Below, in pieces: positions 10,682 to 19,409 of a stretch of 57,463 bases of DNA; within the stretch, counting starts at the first letter, position 1, and each line of letters begins with the position of its first letter. The stretch comes from Candidatus Sumerlaeaceae bacterium. Its GTDB lineage: Bacteria > Sumerlaeota > Sumerlaeia > Sumerlaeales > Sumerlaeaceae. The stretch lies in contig JBPCLP010000049.1 in NCBI GenBank assembly GCA_051003195.1, positions 1 through 57,463 of the forward strand, in the 5' to 3' direction. Below the pieces are notes generated by a model that searched no databases, had not been told where the DNA came from, and was given only the letters and a program-made list of their open reading frames with translations. A program made the translations under genes and the position numbers.

Positions 10682-10899
10682 ATCGTATAGCTCTGGAAGA
10701 AGCAAACTACGTACAGTCGGTACTCGCGCTGCGTGCTTTGACCGGCCAGCAGAGACTTCAAATGTCCGTGGAACTTAGCGAGAACAGCCGCTAACTCTTC
10801 AAAGATGGATTGCGTAAGCGCTTCCCGGAGTTGAACGAGCAGGAACTTCATGCCCTTTATCTTGAGCGCCTTGCAGAATGTCACAATCAGAACTGCTGA
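10678..10899 (+). pseudogene. Small helical partner gene of the nucleotidyltransferase, interrupted by an in-frame TAA at 10792-10794
   Basis: My translation: MNRIALEEANYVQSVLALRALTGQQRLQMSVELSENSR*LFKDGLRKRFPELNEQELHALYLERLAECHNQNC. The TTG start overlaps the punA TGA, and the end overlaps the next ATG by 22 nt. Confidence 0.65.
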
Positions 10900-11447
10900 A
10901 CGAAGTTTTGCAGGTTTTGACAGAGCTGAAAGTTCCGTACATGCTCACCGGCTCACTCGTTTCTTCCTTTCAGGGTGGTCCGCGCAGCACGCATGATTAT
11001 GACATTGTTGTCCGCATGGCCGTGGACGAAGGAATGAAACTTTGTGAACGATTTCAGCCGCCCCGGTACTATCTCGACCAGGAAGCCGTCAGATCCGGGA
11101 TTCTGCAGAAAGCTGAATTTAGCCTTACTGATAATCAGTCAGGCTTTAAAATTGATTTCTGGCCATTAAGGTCAACGGCGTTTGACCAGTCTTGTTTCCG
11201 CCGCCGCGTTCCGGAGGAAATATTTGGAAGGCTCGCGCTGATTTCTGCTCCGGAGGACACCATTCTCAACAAACTTAGATGCGCCCGTGAATCCGGCGGG
11301 AGTGAGCGTCAGCACCTCGATGCCTTAAAGGTTTACGAGGTGCAGTTTTCCGGACTTGATCACTCCTATTTGAACAAATGGGCGGCGGAGTTGGGAATTG
11401 AGAACGAGCTGGATGAGATCAAAAGCAAAGCGAAGCCGGTCGGGTAA
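10878..11447 (+). CDS. Pol-beta-superfamily nucleotidyltransferase-like protein
   Basis: YMLTGS..GGPRSTHDYDIVV (GS..DxD), KIDFW and PEDTILNKL. Confidence 0.75.
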   Translation: MSQSELLNEVLQVLTELKVPYMLTGSLVSSFQGGPRSTHDYDIVVRMAVDEGMKLCERFQPPRYYLDQEAVRSGILQKAEFSLTDNQSGFKIDFWPLRSTAFDQSCFRRRVPEEIFGRLALISAPEDTILNKLRCARESGGSERQHLDALKVYEVQFSGLDHSYLNKWAAELGIENELDEIKSKAKPVG

Positions 11448-11598
11448 CCGCGTGCCTAGACCGGCGGATCGTTGCTTTTTTCTGAAGCTTTCCCCTCTGC
11501 TGTCATATACGATGCCCGGAACCCGTTCTCGGGGCAACGACGCACCCGACGTGCATCTGGGAACAGGGGGATACTTTAATGAAGGGTGATGCAGGATT

Positions 11599-11868
11599 AT
11601 GAGCATTACAGCAGAGAAAAAGAAGGAAGTCATTGCGGACAACAAAACGCATGACAAGGACACGGGAAGCCCGGAAGTCCAGATCGCGATCCTGACAGAG
11701 CGCATCAAAAACCTCACCGAGCATTTCAAGACCCACGCCAAGGATCACCACAGCCGTCGCGGTCTTCTGATGCTGGTTGGGCAGCGCAAGCGGTTGCTAA
11801 GTTATCTCAAGAGCACCGAAATCAACCGCTACCGCGCACTGATTGAGAAGCTCGGCCTCCGCAAGTAA
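11599..11868 (+). CDS. rpsO: 30S ribosomal protein S15
   Basis: [43 protein letters not shown]. Confidence 0.99.
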   Translation: MSITAEKKKEVIADNKTHDKDTGSPEVQIAILTERIKNLTEHFKTHAKDHHSRRGLLMLVGQRKRLLSYLKSTEINRYRALIEKLGLRK

Positions 11869-11893
11869 GTCCAGTTTAAACAACATTTTAGTC

Positions 11894-11927
11894 GGCGGAA
11901 CGCACCTGCGTTCCGCCTTTTTCTTTT
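11894..11927 (+). terminator. Intrinsic terminator of rpsO
   Basis: GGCGGAACGC-ACCT-GCGTTCCGCC then TTTTTCTTTT. Confidence 0.9.
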
Positions 11928-12046
11928 GGTGGCGATCAATGTGCAGTCGCACTTGCTCCCCAGCTCACCACCTGGGCTTACCTGGTCCGGCTGCTCGATT
12001 CGCCTGCCTCCCGCCACCTCAACTCGGGCGATCTTCTATTCCTCAC

Positions 12047-12076
12047 TTGAACAACACGCCCCCAGCGCGTTATAGA
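12047..12076 (+). promoter_or_regulatory. Candidate sigma70-type pnp promoter
   Basis: TTGAAC-18 nt-TATAGA between the rpsO terminator and the pnp leader hairpin. Confidence 0.35.
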
Positions 12077-12132
12077 AGGCTTGGCAAAATTGATTTAACA
12101 CAAATCGCAGCCGTCGAAACTCGGGTAACCTC

Positions 12133-12211
12133 GGGGACCGGCTCGGGCTTTTATGTGTCGGCACAACGCGCTACCTTCTTGCGCCGAAATCTAAAATCCC
12201 GGCAGCTCCCC
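12133..12211 (+). promoter_or_regulatory. Long imperfect hairpin in the pnp leader (RNase III site-like)
   Basis: GGGGACCGGCTCGGGCTTTTATGTGTCGGCACAA (12133-12166) pairs with TTGCGCCGAAATCTAAAATCCCGGCAGCTCCCC (12179-12211). Confidence 0.6.
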
Positions 12212-12279
12212 CCCTGGTTCGCCACCGCTGATTCTTCAGCGCTTGCAGTTCTGCGGCATGCACCAGAAAGGAAGCACCC

Positions 12280-14847
12280 ATGACCGAAACTAACGGTCGT
12301 AGCAGCGCTATAGCTGCGTTTGAACAGTCAGTACCCTTTGGAGCCGAAGAGCTCACCCTGGGAACGGGCAAACTGGCCAAGCAGGCCAACGCCACAGTCG
12401 TGGCCAGTGTAGGCGGAACCGTTGTTCTGGTCTCCGTGGTAATGGCTGGCCCCCGCGATGTTCCGTTGGATTTTTTTCCACTCACGGTTGATTACCGTGA
12501 GAAAGCGTATGCCGCCGGCCGTATGCCTGGTGGCTACTTCAAGCGCGAAGGTCGCCCCGGCGAAGCCGAAATTCTCCGCGCCCGTCTCATCGACCGTCCC
12601 CTCCGCCCTCTCTTCCCCGATGGCTTCCGCCAGGAAGTCCAGGTCTACATCAACGTTCTGTCCTACGATGGCAAGAACTCGGCAGACGTAGCCGCCCTCA
12701 CAGGCGCATCGGCCGCTCTGCTGATTTCAGACATTCCTTTTGAAACGCCAGTCGGCGCAGTTCGCGTTGGCTACGATGGCACAAGTTACACGCTTAACCC
12801 GACAATCGAACAGCAGAAGACCAGCAAGCTGGACCTGATTGTTGCAGGCACCCGCAAAGCCATTACCATGGTTGAATCGGGCGCCGAAATGCTGACGGAA
12901 GAGCAGATGCTCGGCGCACTCAAGTTCGCGCACGAAGCCATCATTAAGATATGCGATTCGCAGGACGAAATGCGCAAGGCGGTTGGCAAGGAAAAGTACA
13001 TCTACAAGCCGGTCACGCACAATCCCGCTCTTCTCGAGCGGCTCCGCTCATTGTCCACCCCGCGCTTTGCTTCCATCAACGAGATCTACGAGAAGAAGGA
13101 ACGCAGCGAAGCCCTCAAGGGTCTGCAGGAAGAGTTGACCGACAGCCTTACGGAAGAGTTCCCGGAGATCAGCGACGTCATGAAGGGCGTGTTCGAAGAC
13201 GAATACAGCCGCTCCATGCGCGAGTCGGTTCTTACATCCGGCAAGCGCGCGGATGGCCGTGCTCTCGATCAAATCCGCCAGATCGATGTCGACCTAGGCG
13301 TACTTCCGCGCACGCACGGTTCGGCTGTGTTTACCCGCGGGCAGACCCAGTCTCTGGGCGTGCTGACGCTAGGCACCGGCGAAGACACGCAGGCCATCGA
13401 CGACCTGGAAGAAGTTTCCGAGCGCACCTTCTACCTGCATTATAACTTTCCGTCGTTCTCCGTTGGCGAAGTGAAACGCATCATGGGCCCTGGCCGCCGC
13501 GAAATCGGCCACGGTGCACTGGCCCAGCGCTCGATTGCTCCAGTCATTCCTGATCACGATAAGTTCCCATACACCATCCGCCTGGTTTCCGAGATCCTTG
13601 AATCGAACGGATCCAGCTCGATGGCCTCTGTGTGCTCCGGTATCCTTGCCATGATGGATGGCGGCGTTCCGATCAAGGCACCCGTGGCTGGTATCGCGAT
13701 GGGCCTCATCCTTGAAGGTGATCGCTACGCAGTACTTAGCGACATCATGGGCCTGGAAGATCACCTCGGCGACATGGACTTCAAAGTTGCCGGCACTGAA
13801 GAAGGTATTACTGCGCTGCAGATGGACATCAAGATCGAGGGCGTCACGCTGGAGATCATGGAGAAGGCGCTGCAGCAGGCGAAAGCGGGCCGTAAGCACA
13901 TCCTCGCGAAGATGAACGAAGCCATCGCCGAGCCTCGTGCGGATCTCGCGGTTCATGCGCCGCGCATCGAGACGGTACAGATCAACCCCGAGAAAATCAA
14001 AGACGTTATTGGTTCCGGCGGAAAGGTCATTAAGGAGATCGTCGCAAAGACGGGTGCCAAGATCGACATCCAGGATACTGGCCAGATCTTCATCGCTTCC
14101 GCCGATGGCGAGGCAATGAAGCGCGCCATCGAATGGATCAAGAACATCACCGCCGATGCTGAAATCGGTCAGATTTATACAGGTAAGGTTTCGCGCATCG
14201 CTGAGTTTGGCGCCTTCGTTGAAATTCTGCCCGGTAAGGACGGCCTGGTCCACATCAGCGAACTTGAATCGCGCCGCGTTGAACGTGTCGAAGATGTCTG
14301 CCGTCTCGGCGACGAAATCATCGTGAAGGTGATTGGCATCGACGACAAGGGCAAGATTCGACTCAGCCGGAAGCAGGCTCTCGATCCAAGTCTCAAGCCC
14401 GAGGGAGAGTCTGAAGGTGGACGCCGTGAGCGCAGTGACCGTGGAGATCGTGGCGGAGACCGTGGAGGAGACCGTGGCGCAGACCGCGGCGGAGACCGTG
14501 GAGGAGATCGTGGCGGACGTGGTGGTGGAGACCGAGGCGGACGTGGCGGTGAGCGCGGTGCACGTGGAGGCGGTGATCGCGGGCCACGAGGTGGTGGCGG
14601 TGGTGATCGCGGGCCACGAGGTGGTGGCGGCGATCGCGGCCCACGCCCCGAACGGCCGGATTTCGACCGCGGCAGCGAACACCTGCGTGAATCAGCTCGA
14701 CCTGCAGAAGGCGAGACTGTTGCACCCGCAGCTGCTGAACCTCGCCGCTTCGATGAAAACGTAGCCAACGAACCGCGAACCCAGCCCGCTGCCGAACCTC
14801 AGCAGCCACACCGCTTTGACGAAAACATTGAAAACGAACTCGGCTAA
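12280..14847 (+). CDS. pnp: Polyribonucleotide nucleotidyltransferase (PNPase) with an RGG-rich C-terminal extension
   Basis: DFFPLTVDYRE, RREIGHG, SNGSSSMAS and GDMDFKVAGT motifs; KH and S1 domains; downstream of rpsO. Confidence 0.99.
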   Translation: MTETNGRSSAIAAFEQSVPFGAEELTLGTGKLAKQANATVVASVGGTVVLVSVVMAGPRDVPLDFFPLTVDYREKAYAAGRMPGGYFKREGRPGEAEILRARLIDRPLRPLFPDGFRQEVQVYINVLSYDGKNSADVAALTGASAALLISDIPFETPVGAVRVGYDGTSYTLNPTIEQQKTSKLDLIVAGTRKAITMVESGAEMLTEEQMLGALKFAHEAIIKICDSQDEMRKAVGKEKYIYKPVTHNPALLERLRSLSTPRFASINEIYEKKERSEALKGLQEELTDSLTEEFPEISDVMKGVFEDEYSRSMRESVLTSGKRADGRALDQIRQIDVDLGVLPRTHGSAVFTRGQTQSLGVLTLGTGEDTQAIDDLEEVSERTFYLHYNFPSFSVGEVKRIMGPGRREIGHGALAQRSIAPVIPDHDKFPYTIRLVSEILESNGSSSMASVCSGILAMMDGGVPIKAPVAGIAMGLILEGDRYAVLSDIMGLEDHLGDMDFKVAGTEEGITALQMDIKIEGVTLEIMEKALQQAKAGRKHILAKMNEAIAEPRADLAVHAPRIETVQINPEKIKDVIGSGGKVIKEIVAKTGAKIDIQDTGQIFIASADGEAMKRAIEWIKNITADAEIGQIYTGKVSRIAEFGAFVEILPGKDGLVHISELESRRVERVEDVCRLGDEIIVKVIGIDDKGKIRLSRKQALDPSLKPEGESEGGRRERSDRGDRGGDRGGDRGADRGGDRGGDRGGRGGGDRGGRGGERGARGGGDRGPRGGGGGDRGPRGGGGDRGPRPERPDFDRGSEHLRESARPAEGETVAPAAAEPRRFDENVANEPRTQPAAEPQQPHRFDENIENELG
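14436..14650 (+). repeat. Coding tandem repeats (DRGG and GGDRGPR) within pnp
   Basis: 12-bp GAYCGTGGMGGA-type units, plus GGTGATCGCGGGCCACGAGGTGGTGGCGG present twice. Confidence 0.9.
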
Positions 14848-14896
14848 GCGTACTCTGTAGTACTGTAAGTAACATAAGTTGATTTTATGACTCAAT

Positions 14897-14933
14897 CCGC
14901 CCGACGAGCAACGCTCGCCGGGCGGTTTCATTT
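14897..14933 (+). terminator. Intrinsic terminator of pnp
   Basis: CCGCCCG-A-CGAGC/AAC/GCTCG-C-CGGGCGG then TTTCATTT. Confidence 0.8.
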
Positions 14934-14971
14934 ATTGAAGGCTTGAAATACTGTACTCTCCCTCTTGCGCC

Positions 14972-17578
14972 GTGCTGTTCATCTTTCATGATTGGATTGG
15001 CCACTTGCTAAAGCGCCGCACTTTCGCTCGTTGCTTCTTCCTGGTTTCCCAGGTGCTTTTGGTGGTCCACGCTCGTGCCAGTGATGTTCTCACCACTACA
15101 ATGCCGCTCAACCCTCCCACTTATTTCGGCATTAACGGTGTCGGCATGCTGCACCATCCCAAAAACACAGCGGAAAACAATCGCCGCTTCGCACTCGTCG
15201 CCGAACTCGGAATTAAATGGGACCGCAGCGATCTATGGTGGAGCGAGTTTGAAAAGAAACCTGGCAGGTGGACATATACCCTGGGCGACGCTGCCATGAA
15301 AGCATACCGCGAACATGGGGTGCAGATGCTCCCAATCCTTGATTATGGCGCCGCATGGTTGGACACCCGCGCACCGTCAAACCAACAGGAGCGCGCAGAG
15401 TTTGCACAGTATGTAACCAATGTCGTCTCGCGCTATAAAGGATATGCGGGCTATTGGGAAGTTTGGAACGAGCCAAACATCATTCCGTTCTGGAGACCTC
15501 AGCCCAGCGCCGAATTGTACGCTCCGCTGCTGCGGCTGACCCACGACACCATCCACACAGCAGATCCCGACTCAAAGACCATCGCCTTCGCGCTCGCCGA
15601 TCTGGACCACGAATTCCTCGAGCGCGTTCTCGAGATAGCCGGAGCCGATTGCTTCGATGCCGTATCCTACCATTTTTACAGAACCAGCGAACCCGAAAAG
15701 CGCACCCTGGAAGAAATAGCCGAGCTTAAGCTTACGCTGGAACACTTCGGCCGACGCGACGTTCCCGTGTGGGTCACGGAGATGGGCGTCACATCGCACC
15801 TTGGCAACGAAGGTGTCAGCGAAGACATGCAGGCCATCTACCTTATGCGGCAGATACTTCTGCTTATCGCGGGGGGAGCCGAGCGCGTGTTCCCGTTTTG
15901 CCTGGTCGATAACGTTTCCGATCCGGGCGGCCCGTGGGGCTCGCAGCTCGGAATGGTCACACTCGACTGGCGAAAAAAACCGGTGTTCTACGCCTACAAG
16001 ACCATGATCGCACAACTGCAGGACTACGAGTTGGCTGGACCGGTGGATCTCGGCGAGAACGTGTACTCGTACTTGTTCAAACTGCGTAATGGCACTGCCG
16101 GAAACGTGCAACACAAGCTGGTCGCGTGGACTACCCACGACATTAAAGACATCCGCGTTACGATCGACGATATCCTGACAACAGTCCCGCAGCCCGGCAC
16201 GGTAAGTGTACTCCAGCCGATCCCGCCTGAACTACGTAACTACACTACAAATCTCGGCGAGAAGCGCGCTTTGGAATTCCACGGTGCTACTGCCCGGGTG
16301 ATGTTATCGCCTGCGCCGATCTACATGCCTGTGAAGAGCGCCGAACTCGAAAAGAATGCGAATACGCAGTTTCGCCCATCGGCCATTTCGGCCGCGCCGG
16401 GACAGAAATACGCGGCTCGGCTCAAGCGCGCGGAGAACAATCCTGTGACGATAACCGGTACCAGTTCCGCATCCGACGTTTGGGAACATTCTGTTGCCGA
16501 GGAAGATCCCACCAGTGCGGAAATCAGGTTCACAGTGCCCGAAGACACCAGGCCGGGCTGGTATACAATCCGCGCGAATGTGGCGGGGACGTCGAACACC
16601 GTGGCAAAAAGCCTTCGTGTGTGGGTGCGCGACGCGACTCGTGTACAGGTACGCCCGTTCTGCACATCGGCAACACAGGACCTCGTTACGAGCTTCACAG
16701 TGCACAACACTGGCTTGTCGGATTCGCAGACGTATCGCTTTACGAGCGAGCCAGTCCTGGAGGAAATTACTTTTCCATCGGGTACCGTGGGCCAGAATAC
16801 CACGGGACTCTGGACCGGCGATAAGCCGGAGAAATACAATCCTTATTTCCAGCAGGCGGCTGTTACAATCCCGCGTGCACAGTTGGTGAAGCTCAATGAC
16901 ACACTCCAATTCAAGCTGAATGACCGCCCAGTGTACCGCATCGGGGTTTTATCGCTGCGCGAGCGCGCGCCGCTTGTCGATGCTTTGCTGATGGAGTACG
17001 AAAGCACTCCCAGGCTTCTGCTTAATGATTCGACGCAGGTACTTGCGGGCGAATGGCGCAAATCCCAACATGACATTGGCGACACCTCCGCCTCCATCGC
17101 CACGATCTGGACCGAAGAAGGTTTGTACCTCGGCTGCGAGATTGTTGACGATCACCCCATGATGAATGATCGGGCCGCAGGTCAGGATATTTATAAAGGT
17201 GATGGCATTGAGGTGTATCTATGTCCCGGCGGGTATTGGGGACAATACTACGCAAATAAGGAAAACGGCGCCTACCACTTCGCACTCTCGCCGGGACGCA
17301 ACGGCGACGGTACGCTCGTCAGCGATTTTGAAGACCGGGTTCAAGGATCGAAGATCGCGGTTCGCCGAACGAAAATCGGCTGCAACATGGAAGCCTTCAT
17401 TCCGAAGTCTGCGTTCGGCAACTATACGGCGAAGCACGGCGATGTAATCGGCTGGGATGTACAACTGAATGACCGGGATGACTACTCACATGCGGCCAGG
17501 CAGAAAGCGCTCATGTGGAACGGCGACCATATGAACTGGCTGAGAGCGGGCAAATGGGGCATGGCAGTTATTAGATAA
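14972..17578 (+). CDS. Secreted clan GH-A glycoside hydrolase (GH39/GH5-like) with a C-terminal CBM9-like domain
   Basis: WEVWNEPN (acid/base), FDAVSYHFY and VWVTEMG (nucleophile); C-terminal GDGIEVY..MEAFIP..IGWDVQLNDRD; signal-like N-terminus. Confidence 0.8.
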   Translation: MLFIFHDWIGHLLKRRTFARCFFLVSQVLLVVHARASDVLTTTMPLNPPTYFGINGVGMLHHPKNTAENNRRFALVAELGIKWDRSDLWWSEFEKKPGRWTYTLGDAAMKAYREHGVQMLPILDYGAAWLDTRAPSNQQERAEFAQYVTNVVSRYKGYAGYWEVWNEPNIIPFWRPQPSAELYAPLLRLTHDTIHTADPDSKTIAFALADLDHEFLERVLEIAGADCFDAVSYHFYRTSEPEKRTLEEIAELKLTLEHFGRRDVPVWVTEMGVTSHLGNEGVSEDMQAIYLMRQILLLIAGGAERVFPFCLVDNVSDPGGPWGSQLGMVTLDWRKKPVFYAYKTMIAQLQDYELAGPVDLGENVYSYLFKLRNGTAGNVQHKLVAWTTHDIKDIRVTIDDILTTVPQPGTVSVLQPIPPELRNYTTNLGEKRALEFHGATARVMLSPAPIYMPVKSAELEKNANTQFRPSAISAAPGQKYAARLKRAENNPVTITGTSSASDVWEHSVAEEDPTSAEIRFTVPEDTRPGWYTIRANVAGTSNTVAKSLRVWVRDATRVQVRPFCTSATQDLVTSFTVHNTGLSDSQTYRFTSEPVLEEITFPSGTVGQNTTGLWTGDKPEKYNPYFQQAAVTIPRAQLVKLNDTLQFKLNDRPVYRIGVLSLRERAPLVDALLMEYESTPRLLLNDSTQVLAGEWRKSQHDIGDTSASIATIWTEEGLYLGCEIVDDHPMMNDRAAGQDIYKGDGIEVYLCPGGYWGQYYANKENGAYHFALSPGRNGDGTLVSDFEDRVQGSKIAVRRTKIGCNMEAFIPKSAFGNYTAKHGDVIGWDVQLNDRDDYSHAARQKALMWNGDHMNWLRAGKWGMAVIR

Positions 17579-17588
17579 TGTGCCGCGC

Positions 17589-18731
17589 TCACAACCCCAG
17601 AATTGATGCGTACGCCTTTGCCCCCCGCACCAGGGCATCCGTGCTGATCCATTCGTCCTTCGTATGGGCTTGCTTAATTGAGCCCGGACCAAACACGATC
17701 GCCTCGATTCCATGTTCCCCATAAAAGCTGGCATCGGTACAATAATTTGCGTACTGCGGTGCCCCTGTTTCGCCGACGGTTCGCATAGCTGAAAGACACG
17801 CCAAAACAGCGGCGCTCTCTCCCGCGACCTCAAACGCAGGCGCCGCAACCGTGGGAGAACCGATCTCAATGCCTTCGATTCCCCATAGCAGTTCTTTCAA
17901 TTCCTGAAGCGCAGCGTCGGCACTCTCGCCGGGAATCAACCGCCGGTCTACATGCGCTGTGCACAACTCGGGCACCACGTTGACCGCCGCGCCCCCGTGT
18001 ATGGTTCCTACACTAAGTGATGCAGATCCAAGCCTGGCATGACCGGGCCGCTGTCGCAGCTCACCTGCATATTCGGACATTCTGCGGATGGCTTCGGCCA
18101 TCGCATAAATCGCGTTTCGGCCCAGTTCGGGCGTGCTGCTGTGTGCAGCGACTCCCCGCACCATAACATTCCAGCGCACCACGCCCTTATGCGCAACGAC
18201 CGGCTGCAAATCCGTAGGTTCCGCGACGACCGCAAACGCGAGGTTTTGCTTCCACTCCAGCCGCAGATGATCGAGAAAGTACCGGACGCCACTGAAGCCG
18301 GACTCCTCGTCGCACACTGCCGCAAAGATCACATTATAACCAGCATCACCGCGCTCTTTCGCCTGCGAAATGGCGCTCAGCATTGCCGCCATTGGTCCTT
18401 TTACATCGCACGCGCCTCGCCCCCATAAACGTCCATTCCGCACTTCACCGCCAAACGGATCAATCGTCATCCCATCGACAGAAACCGTATCGAGGTGCGC
18501 TTCAAAAATGAGTGTCGCGGCCGCTTTAAAGTCGAAGTAACCGACAACGTTTGCGCGGCCTGGAAGAGGGTATGTGGTCTCGACCTCGTCTGCGCCCATG
18601 TTGCGCAGCAATATTTTAAGTCGTCCCGCAAGCGCCGCTTCCCCGAAAGTGTTATTTCTCACGTCCTGCCCGGCCGGATTCACGCTGCCGATTCGGACAA
18701 GTTCTCGCGCAAGCTCAACGACTGCGGTCAC
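17589..18731 (-). CDS. M20 family metallo-deacylase (ArgE/DapE-like)
   Basis: EAHLDTV, GRGACDVKG, DEESG, AEPT and QAHTKDEW motifs; GTG start at 18731 overlaps the gmhA stop (GTGA). Confidence 0.9.
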   Translation of the reverse strand: MTAVVELARELVRIGSVNPAGQDVRNNTFGEAALAGRLKILLRNMGADEVETTYPLPGRANVVGYFDFKAAATLIFEAHLDTVSVDGMTIDPFGGEVRNGRLWGRGACDVKGPMAAMLSAISQAKERGDAGYNVIFAAVCDEESGFSGVRYFLDHLRLEWKQNLAFAVVAEPTDLQPVVAHKGVVRWNVMVRGVAAHSSTPELGRNAIYAMAEAIRRMSEYAGELRQRPGHARLGSASLSVGTIHGGAAVNVVPELCTAHVDRRLIPGESADAALQELKELLWGIEGIEIGSPTVAAPAFEVAGESAAVLACLSAMRTVGETGAPQYANYCTDASFYGEHGIEAIVFGPGSIKQAHTKDEWISTDALVRGAKAYASILGL

Positions 18732-19348
18732 GGATCCCTGTCGTGCGCAAAGCGACGCTCGCATTCCTCGCAAATGGAGTGCAGAACGAAAGTATGCATT
18801 TCCTGGATGCGCGCGGAGTCAGAAGACGGTACTGCAACGACCAACTCGGCCAGTTTCGCGGATTCGCCGCCATCAGCCCCGCAGACGGTGATGGTCCGGA
18901 GTTGTTTTTCCCGCGCCGCACAAAGGACGCGATTAATATTCTCGGACCGTCCGCTGGTCGTAAATACCACCAGCACATCACCTTCGCTGCCAAGCGCTTC
19001 CAACTGTCTCGAAAATACGTTCATAAAGCCGAAATCGTTGCCTATACACGTAAGTGCGGCTCCATCGGCGCAAAGGCAAATTGCTGCAAGCGCCATGCGT
19101 GATTGCTTGTACCTGCCAAGCAGTTCTTCTGCAAGGTGCGACGCATCGGCGGCACTGCCACCATTGCCGCACGTCAGCACTTTATTTCCATTTGCCAGCG
19201 CCTGCACTATCATTTCCGCAGCGCTTGCCACCTGCTGTGCAAATGGTCCCTCATGCGCAGCATCAACCACATTTGCAAGGGCGTCCAGCGCGGCGCGTAC
19301 CTGCGACTCAGTTTGGCTTGGAGGCTGGAAATCAGCTGACATATCCAA
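18728..19348 (-). CDS. gmhA: Phosphoheptose isomerase-like SIS-domain protein
   Basis: CGNGGSAADASHLAEEL, IGNDFGF..VFSRQ, TSGRSEN and ARIQEMH motifs. Confidence 0.85.
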   Translation of the reverse strand: MDMSADFQPPSQTESQVRAALDALANVVDAAHEGPFAQQVASAAEMIVQALANGNKVLTCGNGGSAADASHLAEELLGRYKQSRMALAAICLCADGAALTCIGNDFGFMNVFSRQLEALGSEGDVLVVFTTSGRSENINRVLCAAREKQLRTITVCGADGGESAKLAELVVAVPSSDSARIQEMHTFVLHSICEECERRFAHDRDP

Positions 19349-19409
19349 CCAGGCTATGGAATGTAAAACGCCCGCATCAATGCGAAAGGAGCCGGCACAG
19401 CGTATTGCC

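Noticed and set aside
10792..10794. Stop-codon recoding
   Set aside because: TAA terminates many genes in this window and is not a Sec or Pyl codon; a nonsense mutation or sequencing error is simpler
13369..14875. Long minus-strand low-complexity ORFs (437, 197 and 160 aa)
   Set aside because: Antisense readings of pnp and its RGG repeats
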